DNA of 64,000 nucleotides from NCBI GenBank assembly GCA_051294375.1, contig JBJCIZ010000239.1, positions 6,619,545 to 6,683,544 of the forward strand, given 5' to 3'. Origin of the DNA: Paraspadella gotoi (taxonomy: Eukaryota > Animalia > Chaetognatha). The notes under the pieces are model-generated. The model did not search any database. It saw only the letters and a program-made list of their open reading frames with translations, and was not told the DNA's origin. Below, one piece after another: positions 12,910-26,005 of the stretch. Every line of letters begins with the position of its first letter. Positions within the stretch are counted from its first letter, which is position 1. The translations under genes and the position numbers were made by a program.

Positions 12910-14292
12910 GATTCTTCATGGTTCTTCCCCACCAACAAAGTGAGCATCTGCTCTGCAAACGCGACATCTCCCGAGAGAAAAACGAAGAGGAAACCTCTTC
13001 CCCGCCTTCTCTTCCCCCTCCCGTACGCTACCTCAGTACGCCATCACGAGACAGAATCACTCGTAACCAAGCAAACCAAGAGGGGGGAATCTCGCGAAGA
13101 CTTCCGGTGAAGTGCCACGCCCACTTGACCGGACGTTGTAGAAGGGGGGGATGAGAATCCGCAAAAAAACCAGTCCATGGACGAAAACCGGGTCTGGAGA
13201 AACTGATGGCCAGACGAGGCAACGGCCGAAAGAGCTGTTGGCGATCAGTCGGCGTCCTTTGACGTCCCTGAAGCCCCACCCCTACGCTTGAGGCGGCGAA
13301 GACTTGCGAGGCCAGTAGGGACGGCGAGCAGGACTACGCGGACTGCCACGCCCACGCTTGCGGCTAACAGAACAGGCTCAATTGTGTGGTGCCCCAGAGC
13401 GGAGAAGCAAAGAATGGAACGCTTGAGTGACGTCTGTGGAGCGGTCTCCGAAAAAGAACGACGTGGAGGGCGGAGAACTGGACAGAACTGTCTTGAGATC
13501 CGAAGGGGCAGCGTCGACAACTAAGCGCCAAGACTGGGAGAGGGCCAAACCGAAAATCGCCGCCAAACCCGACGAGGCGTCTCCAAGGGGCTTGGCAAGA
13601 TCGTCAAGGTGGCCTGCGTCCACTGCACCGGGCCCCTCCAAGCAAAGGGCCTCGACCATGAGGCGGAGAGCGTCAGCGACAAAGGACAGCATGAGCGGAC
13701 GCTCCGGCGTCTCTCATGATGCGCTCAAAAGCCTTGAAAGCGCGCGTCGTCTTGGAGTCCTTCCGAACGGCGTCGAACTGAGCGGCAAGGCAACTCGTGA
13801 GCAGGAGGACGAAAATCCACCGGCAAAGAGACATCCGACCAGTGCCTGAAACGCGTATTGGTGGAAAGCACGTCCCACGACGGTAAAAGAATGTCGTCCT
13901 GGCCAACTCTGCGCAAGTCCCTCCACTGCTGTAAGACCCACTCCGAAGGCTGTACAGAAGCACAACAAGACAGGAAGTTGTCAAACCCCTCAGCAGACTC
14001 TTCAGAGGAGGAACCCTCCTCTGAAGTGGGGCTCGACGAGAAACGAAAAATATGCAGAATTATTCAACAAAAATAATCAAAAAATATTTTTGAAAAAAAG
14101 CCGGGAGACTGAGCGCAAAAGCGCGAACAGAAGAAGAGATTCTGTCTCGTGACGGCGTACTGAGGTAGCGTACGGGAGGGGGAAGAGAAGGCGGGGGAGA
14201 GGAGGTTTCCTCTTCGTTTTTCTCTCGGGAGATGTCGCGTTTGCAGAGCAGATGCTCACTTTGTTGGTGGGGAAGAACTACATGATAGAATC
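12910..14292 (-). mobile_element. Internally deleted element with ~150-bp inverted terminal repeats and a degenerate DIRS-like gag ORF
   Basis: 12910-13058 is the near-exact reverse complement of 14138-14292. The frameshifted minus-strand ORF ends ...SDLKTVLSSSPPSTSFFFGD followed by an Arg-rich tail, resembling the L..xP.....LFG pattern of DIRS gag-like proteins. Confidence 0.65.
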
Positions 14293-15834
14293 AGTCATCA
14301 CACTATAAAAAGCAAAATTTCAGAATATTGTTTATTCATTTTATAATACATTGACTCCACACTATAGTGAAACGAAAGAACCTATAATTAACATAATCTC
14401 AACAAAAGTTATCAAGTTATAAAAATCAAATTCAAGCAATTGATTAGAAAAAGATTAGAAAAAGAGCGAAAAAAAGATAAATCAACCGAAATATTTATAT
14501 CATAAGCAGAAACCTGAAGCAACGCTAACGATCAAGAGAATGTAAAAAAAAAAGGAAAAGATAAAACACAATTTTTTGAAAATAAACGTGGTACTTTAAT
14601 TTACATATTATTTACCAGTATTTGAAAGTTGAGCTCGATAAGATTTTTAAAATATTGTTTCCTGAAATTTAGTAGTAAAACGAGAGTTGATGGTGATCCT
14701 AAGTTCGTTGTGATGTGACCGAGAATGGCAGGGAGAGAAAGAAAGATAGAGATATTGAGAGAGAGACAGAGATATTGAGAGAGAGACAGAGATATTGAGA
14801 GAGAGACACAGATATGGAGAGAGAGAGGGAATCTTTTCTTCCGTCGGTTTTCGTTTGGCCATTAATTTTCGATTTCGCAACGAGTTCACGTCACATCCTC
14901 TTCGTGAGCGTGAAATGAACTAATTCTCAAAGTGCAAATAATTTGTAGTGCATAGTTTCTCTTCTCGATCCCATCTTCCCACCTCATCGTATTTCTGCCT
15001 CTCTTTTCAATTCCCCCTTCTTCTCCTTTTTCTCTTTGTCTTGCCTTTTCTTTTCCCTATCCCCAACCTCTTCTCCTTTCCCTTTCTCTTTCGATTGCGT
15101 GTAAGGAGGTTAGAGAAAAGGGGAAAAAAAGGAAAGTGAAAGGGAAAAATAGATTGGAACAAGGGAAATAAAAACTAATTCAGTATTGACAGTCTGTGAA
15201 AACTTTTAGTACATTCGAAGCCCAAGTGTAGTCAAAAGTAGCAACTTTTCCACTTATTTTTTTTTCACTTTTATTCTTCGAAATAATAAAGCATTCCTGT
15301 TGAGTTTTAAGTTTGAAAAATAAAATAAAGCATTGTAAAACGAAACTTATCCATAGATGTTTGATAGATACAAAGATATACAGTGTAAAAAGGGATATTT
15401 TCTTCGACCAATCTTTTTTTACAATTTCCTTTCAACAAAATCTCTTCGTCTAAATTTCCGGTGACCCGTAAAATAGTTATAATATTATTAAAATACAGGA
15501 GAAATAACCGATAAAAAGAAAAAAAATATTATTTAAGGTTATACCAGAAATTAAAGTAAGGGTAAATATAAATAATTGGATTTTATACAAAATTCAAAAA
15601 GAAAAATAAAATGAAAAAATGAAAATTATGAATTTTACAACCAATGATGAGCGACAAAATCTATGCTTTTCCTATACTGCAAGCACTTTTTGGGCACTAT
15701 TTCTTTGCGCATTTTTTAAAACTGTTTGGTCATTTAAGCTATTTTTACTATATTTTGATATTCTTAGTAACAGTGTAAATAGCAAGAACACTAAGTATAA
15801 AGAAACTAATAAAGGATAACATATGTACTATTTT

Positions 15835-16280
15835 TTTGTCGGTCCGTCGGTCCGCCCCCTCAATACTTGTCGGGCATTCACATATATCAGATTCAGAATA
15901 TCGAATTATGATAATTATGCAAAAAAAATGATGTCCGTCTGTCTGTCCGTCCGTCACCTTCGCAAAAAACTCCAATTACTCGTGATTAGATGGATGGATT
16001 GGAATGAAATTTTGGTGTGGGTAGGGGAAGTGGGTGATTGCGTTGGATATAAAGTTTCGATGGAATCGTGCAAGTGGAAATGATTTTAAATGGAAAAACA
16101 GAAAAATCTATTTCACTATTTGAACGGCAATTACTCATAAGGGGACGGGGCAATTGACTTGAAATTTTGTATGTGGGTAGGAAAGTGTGTGATTAAGCTG
16201 GAAATCAAGTTTCGATTGAATCGTCTCAGTGGAAATGAGTTTAAATGGAAAAAATAAAAAACCTGTTTCACTAATTGATT
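15835..16280 (+). mobile_element. DINE-1/HINE-like element, partial copy
   Basis: Colinear similarity to 3085-3480, including the GTCY tract. Confidence 0.65.
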
Positions 16281-16896
16281 ATGCTAAAGCGATTTACAAT
16301 TATTAAAGAAGATTAATTCATTAACAAGAAAAAATCTTTGCCTAAGTTCACCCCTTACTGGTAAGAGTGATGAAGGTATTATAGCTAATTAAAAGTCAGG
16401 GCCAAGATAGCTGACTTCTTGAATGAATGGATTGTGGCGAATCCTTATTTACAATTGATAATCTATTTATTATTTGCTCAATTCAAACTTTGCCATACAT
16501 GCCCCCCCCCCAAGACAGCACACTGGGGTCCTCAAGCCTAGAGTGACGGTCTTGAGAGTAGCAAAAAGTATGGCATCGGCGTGGGATGCATACCCTTAAG
16601 CGACGACGTGAGCGACGGTACGCAGCGGTTGCGTGTTCGATAGTTGGGCTCACCACGTGTACACGCAACATTGATATTATTGACGAAATGACCTTACCCT
16701 CGTTCGTTTACCCTCTTTCTCTTTATGGTCAAACTTTGACCTTGTAAATATCCATTGTTATAGACTTAGCATCTGAGCCTTTTATTGTTATCGTTATTAA
16801 CCTAGTTGAAGAGTAAAGTCATTCTTACTCTGAAACTTGTTGCGTCCACACGATCATCTTTATATTAATTGAATAATTCCTCTTCCTCCTCTTCAG

Positions 16897-17153
16897 ATCC
16901 ACGTCGTCTCTCGTCTCCTAACCTTATCCTTAACTCACCTCGTCTCCCTCTTCCGGCCATGGGCGTCATCACCATCACCAATGTTCCGTCCGGAGCCGTC
17001 TTCGGTCCTCTTCTCGGCGGCGGCGGCGGCGGCGGCGGCAGCGGCAGCGGCGTCGGCAGCGGCGGCGGCGGCGGCGGCTCCATCGCCGATCCCGTGTCGC
17101 ACGTGGGAACGACGATTCGCGACCGACGAAACGGAGACGAAGAATCGACGAGA
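16897..17153 (+). CDS. PRDM8: PRDM8 exon: N-terminal half of PR domain (ATG at 16959) with poly-Gly insertion
   Basis: cttcag acceptor; GVITITNVPSGAVFGPLL; phase-0 donor AGA|gtgagt at 17154. Confidence 0.8.
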
Positions 17154-17322
17154 GTGAGTTCATGATTGTTGATGTTGTAGTTGTTTGTTGTTGCTGTTGT
17201 TTGCTGTGGTTTGCTGTTGTAGTTGCTGTTCCTTGTTTTTGTTGTGTGAGATTTTGATCCTCGTCGTCTTTCGTTTTTGCTTCACGATTTCGTTCGAGAA
17301 TTTTCTCTCTCTCTCTTCTCTC

Positions 17323-17404
<82 letters not shown>

Positions 17405-17582
17405 GTCTCTCTTTTCCTATCTACTTCCCCGCCGGCTGATTTTTCGTTCCATAAGTGTACACTTTTAGTTTACAGTCGAACTCGTAAACAGTTGGAAGCT
17501 GTTGAGGCTCAAAACGAGAGAGAGAGAGGAGAGAGAAAGAAAGAGAGAAGAGAGAGAGAGAGAGGGAGGAGAGAGAGAGAGA

Positions 17583-17660
<78 letters not shown>

Positions 17661-18202
17661 AGAGAGAGGAGAGGAGAGAAAGAAGCAGAGAGAGTGTTTG
17701 CTATGTTAAAATGTTGTAAGGGATGGAGGCCTTAAAACCACTACTGTATTCTGTAACTTGTACCAATTTCAATTTTCATACTTGTTAACTAAGCTCTTAT
17801 ACCTGTTTACTATGCTCTTATACCTGTTTACTATGCTCTTATACCTGTTTACTATGCTCTTATACCTGTTTACTATGCTCTTATACCTGTTAACTATGCT
17901 CGTTAACTATGTCGATTACGATAATAACGACGACGATAACAACGACGACCTGACTGCGTGAATAATTAAAATGCTATAAAACCTGTTATTGTGAAGTCGT
18001 AGGCCTAAGGATTGCAGGAATTCAGATGGACCTTTCCAATTGCAGCTTCCAGCTTAACCGTCCGTCTTGATTTCTATCCAAAAAAAAGGCAAAGGAATAA
18101 AAAAGGAAGGGAAATTTCCCGAAGAATATTATTGGTCACGTCGAAAAAATTGGATACTTTTTCGATGCTTGCTTGCGCTCTCTCTTCTCTCTCTCTCTCT
18201 CT

Positions 18203-18252
<50 letters not shown>

Positions 18253-18345
18253 TGCATATCATAGTTTTTTTCTCGGTCAGCCATCGCTACAAGGGATTTC
18301 TGGGTTCCATCAACAGCTTTGATGTTGGGCTGGTTGTCCTTTCCT

Positions 18346-18393
<48 letters not shown>

Positions 18394-21300
18394 TTCTCCA
18401 TTCCTCTCTCTCTCTCATCTCACTTCCGACTTTTTTTTCCTTTCCTCCTTCTGCAAAATGACCATCAGGATACATAACAATGGGCGCGTGCCAACGCGGG
18501 CCACCAAGAAGCCCGAGAGAGGCGAAGGGTAGCGGTGGCGTCAGCGGGCAGTGCGAGGGCGCGCGGGCCAAACTTTCGCCCGACAGCACGTCAGGGATCA
18601 CGACCTCATCTCTTAGCACATGTGGGAGGACCGGATCTCGGGTCACCTTCGAGAGAGAGAGGGAGAGAGAGAGAGAGTGAGGGAGAGAGAGAGAGAAGAT
18701 GCGTCGAGAAAGTTAGAGTAAGGCAGCTTTTCTAGGACGAAAGTCGGCGCCAATTTCCGGTTGGACGGGAAATGTGGTCGATGCCGTAAATGAATCTGTG
18801 GTCGATGCTGTGGTAGATGCTGTGGTTGAAGCTGTGGTGAATTTGTGGTCGATGATGCAAATTAATCTGGGATATTGAAGAAAGACGAACCGTAGGAAAA
18901 TGAATTTAGAGAAAAGGAGTCTCGTTTAATATGCACGCAGTGTGATGGAGTTAAAAACTCAATTTCATGTCGTTTTCAATATATTTAATATCTTAAATTT
19001 TAATTTTCTGACTAACATCAATTATCAAATAAAAGCTATCATGTGACCATATTTTTTATTGCAGTATTTTTTACAATTTAGTATCCGCTGACGAGATAAT
19101 GCTTCTTTTTTTTCACAAAAGCTAAAATTTTTGTCTCTAAAGTTTTTGTCTCTAAAATTTTTGTACCATAATTTTAATTTCTTATACCAAACGTTTATTT
19201 ATATGGTTAATAGTACTACATATTAAAAAAGCTTAATGTTTAAAGTGACTCATTTACCCCCCCTCTCCCCTTAATCCACAGATCGACGTCCTCTCCCCGC
19301 GCCTCGACGCCTCCTGGCTCCGCCACGTGAGCCCCGCCCGCGACGCCCGCGAACAAAACCTGGAAGCGATCGGTCGCGACGGCGGCAGGATCTTCTATCG
19401 CTCGATCAGAGAGATTCGTGCGGACGAGGAGTTGCGAGTCTGGTACGGACGCGACCTGGAGAATCTGTTGGGAATCCCGGAGATTCAACCCTTTTGCGTC
19501 AAAGGTGAGTCAAAGATGGATTGGGAGTTAGAGTAGTGGACGGACATAAAACATCATAAAACATCAATATATTGAATCGATGTAATTACTTTTTTTTATT
19601 TTTAACTTTTCAATGAAAAAAATTATGCATTACGGAGATTAAAATATATTTATTAATATACTAATTAACCAATTACCCATGGCTAGAAAAAAATTTTTAA
19701 AAAAATAGAATAAAAACCTTTTCATGAAATTAAAGTTAAAACATCAAATATTGTCTCGGCTGGCTTTACGCATATGCATTATGCAATCTCTCTCAACCTA
19801 CCGACCCCTACCCCTTCTATCTTCCCTTACCCCTTCCATCTCCCCCTCCCACCCCTTCCATCTCCCACCCCACACCTTTGTAGACGGCAACACTTTCGTC
19901 TGCTCCTTCTGCGGCGAACTTTTCCTCTTCCCTCACACCTTGCGCGCGCACATGCGTTTCTCGTGTCGCATGCGAAGCCGCGGCGCCTTCGCCTTCCTCC
20001 CACAGACGGCGCCAACGACGCCTCCGCGAGTGGGCGTTGCCGAAGAGGCGCCTTTGGAGAAACGACGCCGGCGGGGTTCTCCATCGCCGCCGCCGAAGAG
20101 GCCGGCGTCAACGACGACCGCGACGTCGAACAGCGCCTCCAACGGCGAGGAAAAGACCGACTGCAACCAAAACCTGGACAACGAAGAGAGACGAGACGCC
20201 GATGACGCCGACGACGCCGGAAACGATGACGCCGTCCAGAATCCGTCGCCGTCGTCTCTCTCGTCGTCGTCGTCGTCGTCGACCAGAGACACTGACGAGG
20301 GCGTCGAAGGCGGAAGCGCCTTTCACAAGGTCTCCCGACGCCGATCATCGTCCGGTCTATCGACGGAGCCGCATTCGCCGCTGACGAGCGAATCAGATCG
20401 ACCGGCGTCGCCAGCGAGCGCCGCTTCTGGCTTGTTTTCGCCGCCAGCGGCGCCGCCGCCAGCCGCTTCTTCCGCTCCTCAACATCCATCGGACTTTCTC
20501 GCCCATTTGGCCGCCTCCGCAGGCGCGGCGCCACACTACGGCGGCGGAGGTGGCGCCAACATTCTCGCCGCCGGGTTCATGGCCAACATCTTGGCCCCAC
20601 GGCCGATTCCCGGTCACGCCGCCGCCGCCGCCGCCGTCGCCGCAGCTGCAGCCGACCCTATGAGCACCTTCATGAGTCGCTACCCGCTCTTTTCCGCCGC
20701 CGCGGCAGCCGCCGCCGCCTCCCGCCCCAATCCTTACCTGCAGCAGCCGAGAATAGCCGCCGCCGGAGATTCCTTTCCGGCGCCCGGCGTCGGCGCCGAG
20801 TCTTCTTTCGGCGTCAAATCTGCGGCGGCGCTGCCGACGTCCGCAGTCAAATCCGGCCAAGACGACGCCGCTTCCACTGCTGCTTCTGTTGCCGCTTCCG
20901 CAGCCGCTTCCGCCGCTGGTCCAGCGAATGAGGCACCGCTCCATCTCGATTCCATCGCTCCCCATCATCCTCTACATCAACCACATCAAATTCCTTCGGG
21001 ACGGCGAGCAGACGATTCTCAACCAACCCACCACCATCCACTTCACCTACAACACCCTCCACTTCCTCCTCACGAACACTCCACCTCCAACGCTTCGTCG
21101 GACGCCGACCGACGTAAGATGTTTTACAATCCTTACGTGTCGCGTCCTCCACCCTTTGCCCCGCCCGCCCACGGCTCCGGTTCTCACCACAACGTCGCCC
21201 ACAACGCCCATCATCCGCATCACCACCTGATAGTCAATCAGGCGGCCAATTCGCCGCTGCCCTTCATCAAAACCGCCAATCCGATGGTGGAGAAGATTCT

Positions 21301-22143
21301 CAACGGGATAGCGGCCACGCCTGCCGCCGGCGGAGGCGCTGGCGGTTCCCCTGCTGCGGTCTCCGTCGCGTCCGCGGGCGGCGTCCCCGTCGCGGGACCG
21401 CCTTCGCCGCTGCTGCCGTCGTTGGCGTCGCCGCCGCTGCCGCCCCCGCTTCCTCTAACTATGTCCGCCCAAAATTGGTGCGCCAAATGCAACGCCTCCT
21501 TCCGAATGACGTCGGATCTTGTCTATCACATGTGAGTCGAAAATTATCACTAGGTTATCACAAGGTTATGAAAGGATCATCACAAGTTAGTGAGTTGATA
21601 TAATGGTTAGTTCTACTCAAAAGTACTACTGCATTATCTCTTTAAAATATCCAACTTTTAATAAAGTTTCTTATCAAGTACATTTAATTTTAAACTCTGT
21701 TTAGCGTTTATCTCTAAACTTTTAACTCTCTGATAATCAACTCTTTCCAAAATTTACTTAAATCCAACTCTCAATCTCTCTATTCCAACTTTCCGACTTT
21801 CAACGACCAACTTTCTAAACGCCTTCTTTCCAACTTTCTGACTTTCAACGACCAACTTTCTAAACGCCTACTTTCTGACTTTCAACGTCCAACTTTCTAA
21901 ACGCCTTCTTTCCAACTTTCCGACTTTCAACGTCCAACTTTCTAAACGCCTTCTTTCCAACTTTCCGACTTTCAACGTCCAACTTTCTAAACGCCTTCTT
22001 TCTAACTTTCCAGGCGATCTCACCACAAACGTGAATTCGACGTCAACAAGAAACGAAGAGAAGACAAACTTCGATGCAAAATTTGTGGGGAAGCTTTTCG
22101 CGAGAGACATCATTTGACGAGACACATGACGTCTCATCTCTAA
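16959..22143 (+). CDS. PRDM8: PR/SET domain zinc finger protein 8 (PRDM8); 4 coding exons 16959-17153, 19282-19504, 19884-21531, 22014-22143
   Basis: Exons join in phase at GT-AG sites. PR domain: MGVITITNVPSGAVFGP...WLRHVSPARDAREQNLEA...IFYRSIREIRADEELRVWYG. First finger: FVCSFCGELFLFPHTLRAHMRFSC. C-terminal AQNWCAKCNASFRMTSDLVYHMRSHH...LRCKICGEAFRERHHLTRHMTSH is the PRDM8/ZNF488 signature. An acceptor at 16896/16897 suggests a further upstream exon. Confidence 0.93.
17792..17910. repeat. 21-bp minisatellite (TATGCTCTTATACCTGTTTAC), ~5 copies, in a PRDM8 intron
   Basis: Direct reading. Confidence 0.9.
19282..19504 (+). CDS. PRDM8: PRDM8 exon: C-terminal half of PR domain
   Basis: ccacag|ATC...AAAG|gtgagt; IDVLSPRLDASWLRHVSPARDAREQNLEAIGRDGGRIFYRSIREIRADEELRVWYGRDL. 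Confidence 0.92.
19884..21531 (+). CDS. PRDM8: PRDM8 large exon: ZF1, low-complexity Ala/Pro/His/Ser linker, start of ZF2
   Basis: Lies inside the 603-aa ORF 19724..21535; ttgtag acceptor in phase 1; CACAT|gtgagt donor in phase 2. Confidence 0.92.
21785..22010. repeat. 45-bp minisatellite, ~5 copies, ending at the last PRDM8 acceptor
   Basis: ccaactttccgactttcaacgtccaactttctaaacgccttcttt repeated. Confidence 0.9.
22014..22143 (+). CDS. PRDM8: PRDM8 last coding exon: end of ZF2 and ZF3
   Basis: ttccag|G completes ATG; RSHHKREFDVNKKRREDKLRCKICGEAFRERHHLTRHMTSHL*. Confidence 0.93.
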
Positions 22144-24135
22144 TTAAATTAATACCATCTCTTTCTATCTGTAGGCTGTTTCATCTGTTTCCGACGAATT
22201 CCGAGTTTAGTTAAGATTTTATTAATTAAATTGATAATTTTTTTTCGACCTTAATATCATCGGTTGAGGTCAGTAATTTTCATTTGTAGCAAACTATTAT
22301 TTCGTAGATGACGCAATATTTTCACCGTCCCCAGATTTTGGAACATAAAGCTTTGTTTTTTTTGTTGTTTTTTTATGTTTAAAATGTTTTTGAAAATCAA
22401 CTTTCTCCTTTCCCCTTTCCCCTTTCCCCTTTCCCCTTTCCCTTTCAAAAGTGACATATATGATATATATGATATATATTCAATTTTTTGTTACGACTCT
22501 CTTAAGCAAAATCATGTTTAAGCATTAAAATTATTAAAAATTCCCGCCACGAATAATCGGATGAAAAACGTTTGTCGGTTGCTGTGGCCAGGGGAGACGC
22601 TGCTTTAGGCTTAAATGTCATTTCGCCGAAAACAAAATAGCATTTTTTTTTTTGTTTCCAAGACTCAAAACAAAATCCGGATCAACTCATTTCCCCATTT
22701 TTTTAATTTCCCTTTGAAAACCACGAAAAGATCCCAGAAGTATATTTAATTTCACCCCCCCCCCTCCCTCCCCCCCAAATTCGTCCGGCGCCTTTTCCAA
22801 GATTTTGACGTTCGATTGTTTTAAAATGTTTTGTATGAAAACAAATAATGAATCGAATTTGCTTTGATACTTTTAACGATATAAATTATTGTCACAGCAT
22901 AATACAACGTTGGCTACTCTCTCTCTCTCTTTTTTGCTCTTTCTTTTTCACGATCCGTTCATAAATGTAAGAGAGAGAGAGAGATAGAGAGACCGACCGA
23001 CCGACCGAGAGACCGCAGTGCCACCATGAAAAAAAGGGAAAAACGGAAAAAAAAGGGAAAGTGTTCCTTCAACAGGTCAGCGGGTTTGGTGTAGGAGAGA
23101 GAAAAAGAGAGAGAGAGATAGAGAGAGAGAGAGTGTCCCCCTTAAGCGGGTCAGTGACCTCCCATTTTCAGGATTGTCACCGTAAATACGTCGCGTCGCA
23201 AAACGGCGTCGAGTCGACGCCGCTGGTCTTTCTAAATTCCCGCTGCTCTGCCGCGCCTCCGCTGAGGTTCAAAGATTCGTCATCGCTGCGTATTTTTATT
23301 CATTTATTATGTAATACTTATGAATGATATAATAACAAAAATATATAAAGCTTTTTTTAGAAAGCGCCTAATTTCGGTTCTTAATTCCTGAACTTAATTT
23401 TAGTTTAAATATTTATGAAATATTTAATTAAATCTAAAACTCTTAGATCTAAACTCTAATCCCTAACCAAATCTTAAACCAAATCTTTAACCTTTAATTT
23501 TTAAACCTTATTACTAACATAATTTTAAAACATAAATTATTTAATTTTAAATTTAGGGTGAAATTTGGTACTTTTGGAAAATATGGCCAAACGTTTATGA
23601 GTTCATCGATGATGGAATCTAAACCAAAGGACAGAATCGAAATCAAACCGGATCGGCGACTCGGATGAAATCAACCAAGGAGTTATTCAATATTCATACA
23701 TAAATGCCACCTTTTCTTCCTTAATGGAAAGCTTTCTTGGATGCGTCTGTATCTGTAATTATTTTTGTATTACTATAGTTAAATAATAACTATCATTAGA
23801 AATTATTTATAAACGTAGTGCTAGGAGAACTTAAAATTTGTTAAAAATAAAAATTGGAAAAAAACATTTTTGTAAACCGTGAAAAGTTAAAATTTTATTA
23901 GCTTGATAGTGCTTGATGGTAAATTACTATCAACCATGATTTGCTATAATTCTGTACTATATTATATTATATGTATTATGCAATAGTATAATATATAATA
24001 TAGTCGAATGCTTATTTTTTCATTTTCCCGCGATTTGAAAGGCGACTGAAGCGAGAAGAAATGCTTCTTCTGAAGACGTTTATTATGGCTCTTGTCAAGA
24101 AGAGAGTGTTCTCTCTCTGTCTCTCTCTCTGTCTC

Positions 24136-24175
<40 letters not shown>

Positions 24176-24267
24176 TTCCCTTTGGAGAGACTTGTTTTAT
24201 CCCAGAGCCATATTCCCTTCTTCCTCCCAGTGAGAGAGAGAGAGAGACAGAGAGAGAGAGAGAAGAG

Positions 24268-24399
24268 ATCTTGCAGCATCAGCCAGGAAGGCGAAACTCA
24301 TTTTAGTAAAAGTCTTCACAAAGTTGGGGAAAATCCCTGAGGAGAGGACGAGTGAGGAAGAGGAAGATTAATCGGGAGGAGGAGAGAGAGGAGAGAAGG

Positions 24400-24431
<32 letters not shown>

Positions 24432-24882
24432 TTCTGCAGCATCAGCCAGAAGGCGAAACTCATTTTTCGTTAAAATGTCTTCACAAGTTGGGGAAAATCC
24501 CTGAGGAGAGGACGAGTGAGAAGAGAAGGAAAATTAATCGGGAGAGAGAGAGAGAGAGAGAGCGAAGAGAGAGATGAGAGAGAGAGGAAGAGAATTCTGC
24601 AGCATCAGCCAGAAGGCGAAAACTCATTTTAGTAAAATGTCTTCACAAGTTGGGAAAATCCCTGAGGAGAGGACGAGTGAGGAGAGGAAGGAATTAATCG
24701 GGAAGGAGAGAGAGAGAGGAAGAGAGAGAGAGGAGGAGAGAGAGAGAGAGAGACGAGAAGAGAAGAGAGAAGAGAGTGATTCTTCAGCATCAGCCAGAAG
24801 GCGAAACTCATTTTAGTAAAATGTCTTCACAAGTTGGGAAAATCCCTGAGGAGAGGACGATGAGGAAGAGGAAGGAATTAAT

Positions 24883-24943
<61 letters not shown>

Positions 24944-25053
24944 TTCTGCAGCATCAGCCAGAAGGCGAAACTCATTTTAGTAAAATGTCTTCACAAGTTG
25001 GGGAAAATCCCTGAGGAGAGGACGAGTGAGGAAGAGGAAGGAATTAATCGGGA

Positions 25054-25096
<43 letters not shown>

Positions 25097-25220
25097 AAGA
25101 GAGAGAGGAGAGATTCTGCAGCATCAGCCAGAAGGCGAAACTCATTTTAGTAAAATGTCTTCACAAGTTGGGGAAAATCCCTGGGAGAGGACGAGTGAGG
25201 AAGAGGAAGGAATTAATCGG

Positions 25221-25271
<51 letters not shown>

Positions 25272-25388
25272 GAAGAGATTCTGCAGCATCAGCCAGAAGG
25301 CGAAACTCATTTTAGTAAAATGTCTTCACAAAGTTGGGGAAAATCCCTGAGGAGAGGACGAGTGAGGAAGAGGAAGGAATTAATCGGG

Positions 25389-25419
<31 letters not shown>

Positions 25420-25741
25420 GAGAGAGGGAGAGAGAGAGAGGAGTTCTGCAGCATCAGCCAGAAGGCGAAACTCATTTTAGTAAAATGTCTTTCACAAGTT
25501 GGGGAAAATCCCTGAGGAGAGGACGATGTGAGGAAGAGGAAGGAATTAATCGGGAGGAGAGAAGAGAGAGAAGAGAGAGAGAAGAGAGAAGGAGAGGGAG
25601 AGACGAGCAGGAGAGAGAGAGAGAGATTCTGCAGCGATCAGCCAGAAGGCGAAACTCATTTTAGTAAAATGTCTTCACAAGTTGGGGAAAATCCCTGAGG
25701 AGAGGACGAGTGAGGAAGAGGAAGGAATTAATCGGGGAGAG

Positions 25742-25781
<40 letters not shown>

Positions 25782-26005
25782 AGAGAGAGGGAGAGAGAGA
25801 GATTTCTGCAGCATCAGCCAGAAGGCGAAACTCATTTTAGTAAAATGTTCTCACAAGTTGGGGGGAAAATCCCTGAGGAGAGGACGGGAGTGAGGAAGAG
25901 GAAGGAATTAATCGGAGAGAGAGATGAGAGAGAGAGGAGATGAGAGAGAGAGGAGGAGAGAGAGAGAAGAGAGAGAGAGAGAGAGGGAGAGAGAGAGAGA
26001 AAGAG
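24268..26005. repeat. Tandem array of 10 units of ~170 bp (~105-bp core plus (GA)n spacer)
   Basis: Core ttctgcagcatcagccagaaggcgaaactc...ggaattaatcgg counted 10 times. Confidence 0.95.

Noticed and set aside
17185-18461. ORFs with SLSLSL or RERERE runs here and throughout the window
   Set aside because: Translations of (TC)n/(GA)n microsatellites.
19774-21492. Long overlapping and antisense ORFs in the PRDM8 large exon
   Set aside because: Shadow frames of GC-rich low-complexity coding sequence.
24268-26005. CRISPR-like array, or hammerhead ribozyme (CTGAGGA and CGAAAC...GTC in each unit)
   Set aside because: Eukaryotic context, ~105-bp core, (GA)n spacers and no cas genes. The hammerhead core words are present but stems I and II cannot pair.
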